Shown here in pieces: positions 1-12,872 of a DNA stretch of 20,000 nucleotides. Position 1 is the first letter of the stretch. Each line of letters starts with the position of its first letter. This DNA is from Sarea resinae (Eukaryota). The notes under the pieces are model-generated. The model saw only the letters and a program-made list of their open reading frames with translations. It was not told the DNA's origin and searched no databases. The stretch is taken from NCBI GenBank assembly GCA_026026165.1, contig JAPEUD010000048.1, positions 178,370 to 198,369 on the forward strand. Direction: 5' to 3'. The position numbers and the translations under genes are program-made.

Positions 1-709
1 GGGCGAGAAACCATGGGAGAAGTAAAGAGTCTGGTGCTCGATCAGCGAAGCCCTTTTCAATCATCGCTCACGTCAATTACCTTTCCCTTGGTCAATTGGG
101 GCTTGATCGCCGGCCAGGTCTCGCTCTGGGCAGCATCACTGAGGAGGTTCATGACGATGGTACTCTTGGAGATAGCTTCGTCGATGTCGAAAAGGTTCGT
201 TCCTGGGACCCAGCCATCCTGCTGGGCCTCCTTCCAGGAAGCGCCGTTCTTTCGAACACCGATGATGACATTCAATCCGTTGTCGCGGAGGTTGAGACCC
301 TGGCCGTGGCCTTGCGAGCCGTAGCCGATGAGAGCGAGAGTGTCATTCTTGAAGTAGTCCTGCTAGCAGTCAGAATCGCCGTTGACGTCAAAGGAAGAGC
401 TGACTCCTTACCAGAAGCTTCTCTCTCGGCCAGTCCTCACGCTCTGCACGAATCAGCATCAGTCTCGATGAGTCCTCGATGACCAGCAGGACACATACCG
501 TAGACGGTCTCCTTGGTTCCGGCAAAGTCAATGGTCTTGATACCACGGACCTGCTGAGCTGGGCCGGCCACAGCAGCGCGTGACGAGGCCACTGCACCAG
601 CTCGGATGCCCCCAAGAGCGGCAACGAAGGTGCGACGTTGAGCAATGGGCGAGCTCAGCTGCCGGGTCAATGAAGAGCGCAGAGCTCTGGGAAGTCCTCT
701 TGATGCCAT
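1..709 (-). CDS. ILV5: Mitochondrial ketol-acid reductoisomerase (acetohydroxy-acid isomeroreductase), 3'-truncated by the window edge
   Basis: Exons 709-499, 443-412, 359-81 and 30-<1, joined by GT..AG introns with consistent phases. Spliced protein: MASRGLPRALRSS (Arg/Ser/Ala-rich presequence)...[62 protein letters not shown]...NLLSDAAQSETW...TLYFSHGFSP. GYGSQG is the KARI Rossmann motif. Confidence 0.97.
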
Positions 710-884
710 GATGGGATGTGTGGAGGTATATGGATAGTATAGGAAGAGAGAGGATGGATGACTGCGAGAAGAAAGTGGACTTATATCGAGTGTCACTTGG
801 TCACAGCTTGCTCCGATGATCCTGATGAGTCGAATAATATGGGATGAATAATTTTCGCTAAGACGGATTCGTGGGAGCTTCAAT

Positions 885-896
885 GCCGACTTCGGC
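885..896. promoter_or_regulatory. Candidate Leu3/LeuB-type Zn2Cys6 site (CCG-N4-CGG) in the ILV5 promoter
   Basis: GCCGACTTCGGC, about 177 bp upstream of the ILV5 ATG. A TATA-like GATATAAG lies on the minus strand at about 780-787. Confidence 0.55.
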
Positions 897-1406
897 CGCG
901 TGCGCTTTGTTACGAGAAAATCCCCTGCCCAGGACGTATCCCAGCCAACTCGTAGCGAGCCACCCAACATCTCCCCTTCAAGCAGTCAAGAGAGCCATTA
1001 TGCTCATACCATACCGAGGACTGAGCACTTTCCTCGGGGGTGTGACTGGCGCACGATGATGAGTTGTATCCTGCGTACAGACCATGTTTACACGATCGAG
1101 GTAGGTATGACTGAATTGACGCATACCCGCTGCCAGATGCGTGCATCCTAGGCCTGGCAACGGTCCACAGCACTGTCTAGTACTATCTAAGCCTGGAAAA
1201 TGCAGAATTGACCTTATATGATCAAGACGACGCAATCGATGCTGACCCAGCCGGCAGACATCGCTCTCTACCGGCCTCGAAGACGCCTGGAAATATCACT
1301 TGCGCCTCATGATTCGTAATGTTCCCATGATGGGTATCTTGAATGCCTGTTCACATCTCCCCCTAGCCAGACCAAAAGGCTCTCTTCACCATTTGGAGAC
1401 GTAAAC

Positions 1407-2208
1407 TCAATCTTTGTACACTCTCTCATAATGCTCGCCCTTGACCGCTCCTCCTGCCATAGCTGACCGAACATTCCGCTTAAACCCTTCCCGGTTCAAT
1501 CGCAGGTCTTCCGCAGCCTCCTTGTTCAACGGGTCTGAAGCATTCGGCTCGAGGAATAGGAACTGGTATACCTGTCAGCTTCCGTCGGCCCCCAAGACTG
1601 TAGTTCTCCGCGAAAAGGTAAACTCTTTGGACACATACCTGTAGGCCAACAATAACCGCATTCAAGTTCAAGACGGGCTTCCAGTCCTCTCTCAAGATGT
1701 TCAGACACACGTTTCCCTCCAGATCGATATTCGGATGGTAGATCTTCTGCGTGCACTTCACCTTTGGCGGATCGTGGGGGAAGTTCTGGTTGATGGCGAA
1801 ATTGAAGTGAAAAGAGCCGTCTTTGTACATGCCTTCGTCGGGTTCGATCTTGAGTTTGAAGTTGAGGATGTCATCTGGATTTGGAAATTCCGTCGTCATT
1901 GTAGAGCCCAGCGAGAGTTCGGAAAGGTCTATGGAGTCATGGCTAGTGTTAGCCAGCGTGATTCAGACACAACGCTGATCACTAGGAGGCATAGCAGCGT
2001 GAGTTGACCGACCTTTCTGCACTCGCAGCTGCGCAGCCGTGACCTTCTTTTTCTTCTTCTCCGCAGGGCTGGCGGCGTTCGCCTCCTGCTGCTGCTTTTG
2101 CTTCTGTACGAACCCGTCAGCATGCTGATCCCAGTCGCCGATACGGATATCAAGATTTGGCAGGGAGGTGTGCAGGAGACAACTTACCATAGACCATATT
2201 TTCAACAT
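1407..2208 (-). CDS. UBC12: NEDD8-conjugating E2 enzyme, about 185 aa, 4 exons
   Basis: Exons 2208-2188, 2103-2013, 1928-1639 and 1562-1407 (558 nt, in frame). N-terminus MLKIWSMKQKQQQ...[15 protein letters not shown]; catalytic [22 protein letters not shown]-terminal [17 protein letters not shown]. Confidence 0.96.
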
Positions 2209-2953
2209 CGTGACCGAAGGATTCTATCAGTGGATGCTTAATCGTTCTGGGTGCAAATGCTCTGAGATGGATTACAATAGCGTAGGCGGAGAATCGAGAG
2301 ACGAATCCGGCGATAAGCGACCACGCGGTTACTGCGCAGTGATACAACAGCCTTTTTGCTAGAGGGAGTCACTATCTCCGGATGGCATCTAGATATTCAC
2401 ACAGGTAGGCTTAGAGATCGGCTAGAGAGCTTGCTGTTCGTTCGCTTCGGACAATATTACGGGCAATATGAGGTTGGCAGTTAGTGAGGCTATCTCTACA
2501 GCGCACGATGCGCAAGCATGATTGCGGGGTTGTTTGAACCCCACCAGTCCTTTCGAGAGACCTCAGTGGCGAAATGCGCATACTACGGGCACCACCATCT
2601 AACACTCGATCGCGGCATTCCTGACATACATGGACGTCAAGAGTATATGCCTTCTCACGTGCACAGGTCGTAGAAATGTTACAACAGCTATGCTTTGTAT
2701 CCGAAAATCGCTGACCCAGAGTTTTCTCCTACTATCAAACACAAACAAAATAATGAAGAGATCAGGAAATAGTGTGAAACAGCTTGCTACAAGCAAGAAC
2801 GAATATGTGAGTATCCAGCTACTTTAGTAGGACTGGTCGTGTACCGGAAAGAGAGACGCCACAAGGTTTTGGGATGGAAGTGGGACGGCAATCGTAGCAA
2901 GAATGGCCTTGTCATTCACAGCTCATGCTTTCTGGCCGGGAAATGTGCCTGCT

Positions 2954-6044
<3,091 letters not shown>

Positions 6045-6109
6045 GCCGATGATATTCTATCACTGGCCAATACCAGAGAGAAGTCAAATACCCAGCGTAC
6101 TAATTCCGA

Positions 6110-6124
6110 TTAGATGCCCAACAT
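6110..6124 (-). other. Short uORF (MLGI*) upstream of the chitin synthase
   Basis: ATG TTG GGC ATC TAA, ending 65 nt before the chs ATG. It is the only minus-strand ATG I found between 6045 and about 6609. Confidence 0.45.
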
Positions 6125-6861
6125 TCAGAGGTCTGAAGTGACGTGCGATAGATTCTGAAAGGCTGCAAGGGAACGTGAGGTCTCTGAGAAGGTAAGACGG
6201 CCAACTTGGAGGCGAGTTTGTCTTGTGGGCCCGGGAGAGAATGGCAGGTCGGATTCGAGAATAGCGATTCGGTGATGCAAGGAGAGCAGCCAACGTGTGA
6301 GGCTGGTGAATAATGAGGTAGAGACTTATGAATAAGGATCGGTCAGTAGGGTTGGATGGAGGAAGCCTTGAAAATATGAAAGACTTGGGAATCTCAAAAA
6401 GAGTCGCGGGCGTCAAAGTTGGGAGTAAGGTAACGGGTAGGTCACCAGCGTTACTGGTCTTCAGGTTCGTACTATGTATGAGTAGTCCGTATATGTGGGT
6501 GAAAGACGAGTGCCCGTCTCCTAGGAGTTACTAGTTGTGTACTAAAGTAAGATCGAGCACGATTCAAGGGTCTCTTGGGGTCACTTCTCGGTCACTTAGG
6601 TAGAGTACACATCGCCCACTCACAGGCCGACGATGCAGATGCTTTCCCTACACGGGAGACTTTTCGTATTCTGGTACTATTGATCTTCGCCTACATACTG
6701 CAGTACTAGCAAGTCACTCACTTTGATCCGTGACAACACTGCCAACATGTCCGGAAAGGGGGCCAATCCGAGACTCTGTCGACTTGGCTGAGGCTGAGGC
6801 GGCCAGGGTTCGATAGAGACCGCTTCATCTTTGGATTGGCCGGCAATGACATTGAATGCCG

Positions 6862-6885
6862 TGCCATGCCATGCCATGCCATGCA
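6862..6885. repeat. (TGCCA)n pentanucleotide microsatellite
   Basis: tgcca x4 followed by tgca. Confidence 0.85.
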
Positions 6886-8786
6886 CGCTGCCTCGAAATA
6901 AAACATAGGGGCTCTACGAGCATCAGGACTCCCACGTCCCCTTTTCCCATTCGGAATAATAGAGGCGGGATGCTGGGAAAATGGTCACAGAAGACGTGCG
7001 TTCTTGAACCCTTCTGGGCTCGAGGTACATCAAGTAGTTGTCTGAAGCGACATGAAACACTGCCTGGACTTCTGACGAGGTACATGGCGTTACCACGGGC
7101 GATCCTGGAGAGCAGGCTCACATGATTTCACCCTTCGATACATTCACACATCCCCGGGCCTTCAAGAGACGGCTGGGGGCTGAGATGCATCTGCTTCTCT
7201 GTCCCGAGCACAGAGGCACGTCCCGTACAACGCTGACGTGCCCCTTTGTTCTCCGGGTAATTCCACTGTTTTCCCCAGAATACGGCGCGAAAGTGGCGTT
7301 GCGATAGAATTTGATCCATGGGAGGCTTTTGGCCCAACGACATTGGGAATGGGGTGGCCCAAAATAGCTCGTCGTCTCGCTTTTTCTGGGGCTGTGCAAC
7401 GGATTCTCGCTTGTGATTCGGAGTCGCAGCGCTGGCGTCACGCTCCTCAAAGCTTCGAAGGCATGTGGATTACCGCATCAATGGCAACTCTGGCAACAAA
7501 GCTGCATTTTGGTTTGATCGCCAATTGTAGTGCTGATATGAAGTATTGCTCCAAAGCACTATTCCTAACGTCTTTCCTAAATGGAACAGACGTGACGCAG
7601 GAGATGCATCACTGATTTACCAGCCTTACCTCCGTCGCGAAGCAAACAAAGGATCTTGTGTTCTGTTGTAGGGCCATTTCAAGCAAACTTCGAGGTTTGA
7701 TGCCATATTGCTTCCATAGTCGCCATTCATTGATTAGGCTGTGAGGTCGGCGCCTTCTCCTGTCCACACTGATCAGAGGCCTAGGCGGCACCATGCCGCT
7801 ACTGCCAATGTGAATATCTTTGATGCTTCAAGCCTTGGCGATGACAATGCATGCGGTAGCTCACCTACAAAGGTCATCACGAACTCCGCAGCAATAGTCC
7901 GGGAAGTCTGCAGCATTTGAGAGCTCTGAAGCAGGCGTCGAGAATCAAATGCGACCTCCGAGCATATTGACAACCGATTCCGATGAAGGATCAATATCGA
8001 ACCATCGAAAGTCTTTGCAGAGAACCAGATATATGAATTTCCGCAGTAAGCAGACAGACGGAAGGGCGTTTACCAGGGATATCTTGGTTTGACTTCCTTT
8101 CTTCCACTTCAGTCACTGTTGTTCCTCAAGGTCGGAAGAAGTAGAAGCAAACAGTTGAAAGTGGTGCGATTATTGACCGAACCAAGTACCGTATGAAGAG
8201 CCATCTGATCAAACTTATCAGATTCGTCAGTCCTGTATGTGGCGGTTATAATTTCCAAAATGCCATCAATGCCATCACGTCCGACTAGAAACCCTAAAGG
8301 TCTAACTAAGATTGGGACACTGAGGCCGAGAGGAGTATTCATGACCAGAAGTCATGCATTTTAGCCCTGGTCAAAAGCAATACGAGTCAAAGAAGAGTGA
8401 GGAGTCTTCAAGCGATTTACTCATAGAGTAGCCTATGATCACTCAGCGGACTCCAGCAACTTCATCTATCCGTGCCTTTGAATCGACTGCCGTGGTGGAG
8501 AGGAGACTCCCGGCTGAAACAGATGGTCTACCCCAGATTGGAAGGTAGTATTCGGAAGTCCTTCTACCTCTCTGGAGGGGCGTGGTGCTGCATCGAAAGG
8601 AGTACCTGTACCCTCTTCGTTTCTCGTGGTACCTACTGCCCTCACTGAGCAGACGCTGGCTGGACCCTGACGACCCACACGGGCTGTCAGCGCATTTCTC
8701 GTGGCTCTTGGTACCTCGGTCGACCAATGACAGAGGCTCAAGGGGCCTGGTTCCTGACCGGGAGGGCATTAGGTGATTTGGCCATC

Positions 8787-8808
8787 AGGTACCTTGGGCA
8801 AGGTACCT
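8787..8808. repeat. Perfect 10-bp inverted repeat
   Basis: AGGTACCTTG-GG-CAAGGTACCT. Confidence 0.85.
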
Positions 8809-9680
8809 ACTAGCAGGTCAGGGCATTCTTGGTCGATGCTGGATTCGGTCAGTCGTCGTCGCAATCAATACTCTAAGGCACAAGGTACCCTGCTACTCCG
8901 TAGAACCCGCAAGGCTTCCAGCTTCCTTCCTGTCGTTCCTCTCTTGCCCCTCTCTGCTTCGTCTGCATTTTGCATTCCTGCAGCTTCTATCAATACCGAC
9001 TCAGGGAGCACCGCACACTTCGACCTCTGCCTCTGCCTCTGTCTCCGCCAGCTCTCTGTACTACACACCCGACGTTCTACCTTGCTTTCTCTCCCCACAC
9101 TCGACCAAGAGGGAGGCCGCAGACAGCCGTCCCTGTTGCTTGGAACCACGAATACTGAGCGATCTTTATTCCAGACCACAGAGATCATGATCGTTCGAGA
9201 TAGGAAATACTGTAAGAAACCAAATGGGATCCTTGGACGATCGTACCTGTAGTATCATTGCAAGCGGTGATACGTAGCATTCATAGGGGAAGATGATTCC
9301 CTATTCAATAACAATCGACGGACGATCCGTTCAATCCTTGTCGAGGAACCTCCTATCCCAATCTCATCGTAGCGACGACTGGAGGGATGGATTCGTACTG
9401 CGCAGTAATTAAACTTGGTACGGTAGCGACCAGCCGGCACTACAATGAGTAGGTACGCAGTGCTATCAATTGTCCATCCAGCGCCCGAACCAACAGGGCT
9501 GCTCCTCGCTTCGCCCAGCTCCACCCGTCCTCTGTCCCCCATCCCGTCCAGTCCACCACGCCCCCCAATCCCAATCCTGAGTCCTCAAGGGCATCCATCT
9601 CACGAACAGTCACTTCAATCGACAGCAGTCCTCACAGCCTCACCAACGAACTGTCGAACATCCACTCGAATTCTACTGCT

Positions 9681-9698
9681 ATGGCCACACAAGTCTAG
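9681..9698 (+). other. Short uORF (MATQV*) in the putative OPY2 leader
   Basis: GCT-ATG-GCC-ACA-CAA-GTC-TAG. It is the only plus-strand ATG I found between 9448 and 10008. Confidence 0.5.
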
Positions 9699-10008
9699 CA
9701 GACTTCTTGCCTGCCGCTCATTACCTGCCCTTCTCTCCCTTGGTGCTTGGGGAGCTGGATCGCGTTACACAGATCGCTTCGTCCCAACTACGAAGGCGTT
9801 TCTTTGTCTCGGCTTCGACTCTCTTCGGCCAAGGCGTCCAAGTTGAGAGGTCCTACGTCGATCGCCTTCTCCGCTCGTTCTTGAAGCCTGGTGCTTCTCC
9901 GCTCTTTCCAGTCCTTCGTTTTTCAATCTAGTAAACCAAGCCTCATTCCCATCTTTTCCGTCATCTCGGCTGTCGACATCTTTTGGAGTTTACCTTCGGC
10001 ACTCGACG

Positions 10009-11570
10009 ATGGAATTCACACCTTACGGTAGGATTGGATGATACTGATGGCGCGCTGGCTTGACTAATGAATGCTTCTGTCAGACGTCGAGTCGACGTTT
10101 AGGACCATCTTCCGACGCTGCGTACAATGCCCAAACACGACACCAGTCTGCCCTGCCTGCAGCAAAAACGAAATCTGTTCGCTTTCGACTCCATCCTGCA
10201 CTCAATGCCAGGTAGCTTCCTGCGTTCAGATTAGTGAATCGGGTCAGACCGAGTCGAGCCCCAAGAAGAGTGGTTCCGTTAACGTCGGAGCTATCGCTGG
10301 AGGTGTTGTTGGCGGACTCGTCGTGATCGCGATTCTAACATGGCTAGTCTGGTGGTTCTTCATCAGGGGCCGCCGAAGCGAGTATGAAGAGGAATGGACT
10401 GAGGAGGATGAAGCCAACGAGAAGCAGACGGACGAATGGAACGCGCGACGGAATGCTCGAGCCTCGACACATACTGTGGGATCGATCGCATCGACGGTTC
10501 TCACCCGCGCCTCGAATATCATCCAGATTGCATATATCCCTGGTGTCACAAACCGTTCTGAGCCGTCCTCGCCTGGTTTCCTCGTCCCTCCGGTGCCGCC
10601 TCTACCGGTCGCCACGTCCAATACAAACTCTAAAGCCTCGACACCGAATTACAACCAAGATCAACACTTCTTTATGCCTGGCGACCTGAGAGATTCGACG
10701 TACTCGGGCTTGTCTGAACGAGATAGCCGACACTATAACGGCCGCATGAGCATTACTCCGAGTTTGGCTCGAAGCAGTGTTGCGACAACTATCTATCGGA
10801 ACAATGCGGTCGTGAAGCCTATGCCAGCTCAGACCGCGCAGCGCGCCAAGGCCGCCATGGTCAGCGTCAGGTCTGGAGAGTCATCAACCACACCGCCAAT
10901 CCCAAGCATCGATTATGAGAAGCTGGGAGCGAAGGCAAGAGGATCAGCAGACGACCAGAACCCCCCTCCAAGTCCCGCGTTTTCAATTGGTTCGACGTTC
11001 CTCAAGAGCACCGCCAATACTGCAAGATCCGTGACAGCCAGAGCGGTCAATGTCGGGAGTGAGTCCAATAGCAAAACCAACAGCCAAGCTAGTGATCTCA
11101 GCGTATCTTCGTCCACGCGAACCACAACATTCGGCGGTCAACGATCAAATCGTGCCTCTGTGGCTGGGTCCAGTCTTCGTCATGAGAGCTCCGCGTTCGA
11201 AGCTGGGTCGGACGAAGAGGAAGAGTCACAGCCGCACGGCGATCGCGAATCCAAAGTCACTGTCATTGAAGACTCTCCTGCGCCGAAACAATCTCCTTTC
11301 AGCGATGATGCAGCAGCATCCACTCCGCGACTACCTCGAGTGGAGCCTATGGGACTGCAGACGATCACGGAAGCAGACGACTCATCTTCGAACCATTCAA
11401 GCCAACACAACAAGACGGGTAGTCTGAGCGCGGTCATTGAGGAGGCAACCAGAAGGGCTAGCCAGCAAGCCACCCATGGCGGGCTTGGCTCGGTCCCGCG
11501 CCAGCGGGAATCCGTCCAGCGCCGGGAACCCAGCCCTTTTTCTGACGACAACGAGGTCAAGACTAGTTAG
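10009..11570 (+). CDS. OPY2: Opy2-like single-pass membrane anchor/adaptor (MAPK signalling), about 501 aa, 2 exons
   Basis: Exon 1 10009-10027 (MEFTPY), intron 10028-10083 (GTAGGA..CTAAT..TCAG), exon 2 10084-11570. Contains an 8-Cys domain CVQCPNTTPVCPACSKNEICSLSTPSCTQCQVASC, a TM helix GAIAGGVVGGLVVIAILTWLVWWFFI and the conserved ASNIIQIAYIPGV, followed by a Ser/Pro-rich tail. Confidence 0.88.
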
Positions 11571-12720
11571 CTAGTATGATTGAAACGGTTAACGATCTAC
11601 GTCTCTCAATCTCAGCTTTTTCAGTCCTCTATATCAGGCTGTCTTGGTGCTGTGGTTGAGCTAAGGATTGGACTGGACTGAACTTCTTCGTCGCAACTCT
11701 TTTATCTTCTCATGAGGCGGCGTCACTTTGTTCTGGGATGGGTTCTTCTTTTATAAACCTTTTCCATATAACCTGGCTTGGAGAATGGATTGCTTTGGTC
11801 TTCTGTGCGGGGGGTTGCCGGACATCTTTTCTGCTTTCTTTTTCTGCGTTTTCAATTGAGCCTCGCTAATTGTGCGTGTGCTGTTCTATTTCCGAAGCGG
11901 AATACACCCCTTGAACTGTCTTCCATTTGTTCAATCTTTCCCTGTTTGGGACGATCTCTTCAGTCTATACTATAGTACTTTTCATATGCGAGATGCGCTG
12001 ATGGGATTGAAACTTGAGTGGCCGGACTGACTGCTGGGCTTGGAAATATGGATGCTTCCATTGTTTTTCAGCCTAAAAGCTTTCACGACCTTGCCCATAT
12101 CTCTGTCAACTACATTCTCATCTACCCTGTCCCCTTTTCTCCTTCTCATCCTCTTCTTTAGGGCGACCATGCCGTCTTAGATGAATGGAACGGCATGGGA
12201 CAGTATAGGGTTTAGGGACAGGGCTCGGGATTATTGAGATAGAGATCCTATCAATCAAATAGATTCAGATCGACGCATTTGTCTCCGCTCTGTCAAAGTT
12301 TTCAGACCACTCGAGCAGGTAGGGCTGAGCTAGCTGGTGTTACGAGGAGCTCATTCGTGCTCTTGCTCCGACGAAACGACGAAACACCCTGTCGTCTCCT
12401 ACTTCCTAGACCTGATGCATGGCCTCGGCCACACTGTGGCCAGTCGTCTTTGGTCGGAATCGCATAGAGTAGGTAGATAGGAGTGACAGCTGGAGCCCGA
12501 GTGTAGAGTGGGTCTACCGAAGTAGAGTAGGCCAGGCTTCCAGGTTGCTACTCTACCTACGGTGGCGACGTCGATCTGATTACGCCAGACGGTCCCGGAC
12601 ATGGATATCTATGTATCTTAGAGTACCTTACTCCGGAGCATGTATGTGATTCACAGGTACGATACGATAAGTACGACACGACTGGGCCGAGGGTCTTACT
12701 ATGTACACTGCGCAGCACAT

Positions 12721-12872
12721 AGTAGAGTAGAGTAGAGTATGGCTGGCCTCCGCTCGCCTGCTCTCCCGTCACGAGTGAGTGAGTGAGTGGCCTGCCTGCT
12801 TGCTTGGCCCCTGGTCATTCATTATTGCGCCGGGCCTGTTCTTCAACCAGCTAGTCATAGTCATAGTCATAG
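12721..12872. repeat. Cluster of short tandem repeats: (AGTAG)n, (GAGT)4, (TAGTCA)3
   Basis: agtagagtagagtagagta at 12721; gagtgagtgagtgagt at 12773; tagtcatagtcatagtca at 12852. Confidence 0.75.

Noticed and set aside
13..482. Plus-strand ORFs of 103 and 128 aa
   Set aside because: Antisense shadows of ILV5 exons with no recognisable motifs.
1563..1578. Donor-like AG|GTATAC inside the 3' end of UBC12 intron 3 (possible nested intron)
   Set aside because: The first AG is immediately after the branch site and too close to be used. One ordinary intron restores the conserved frame.
6856..7615. ORFs of 89-125 aa on both strands in the chs-OPY2 spacer
   Set aside because: No recognisable domain, several use non-ATG starts, and no coherent exon chain could be built.
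8773..9846. ORFs of 159 aa and 133 aa upstream of OPY2
   Set aside because: Ser/Pro/Leu-rich products expected from C/T-rich leader DNA. The 133-aa ORF is in the OPY2 frame but is closed by TGA at 9844.
10071..10083. ORF-track start MLLS for OPY2
   Set aside because: It lies inside the predicted intron 10028-10083. ATG10009 splices in frame and is preferred.
11982..12170. Minus-strand 62-aa basic ORF (MVALKKRMRRRK...)
   Set aside because: Explained by a CT-rich tract on the plus strand; no family resemblance.
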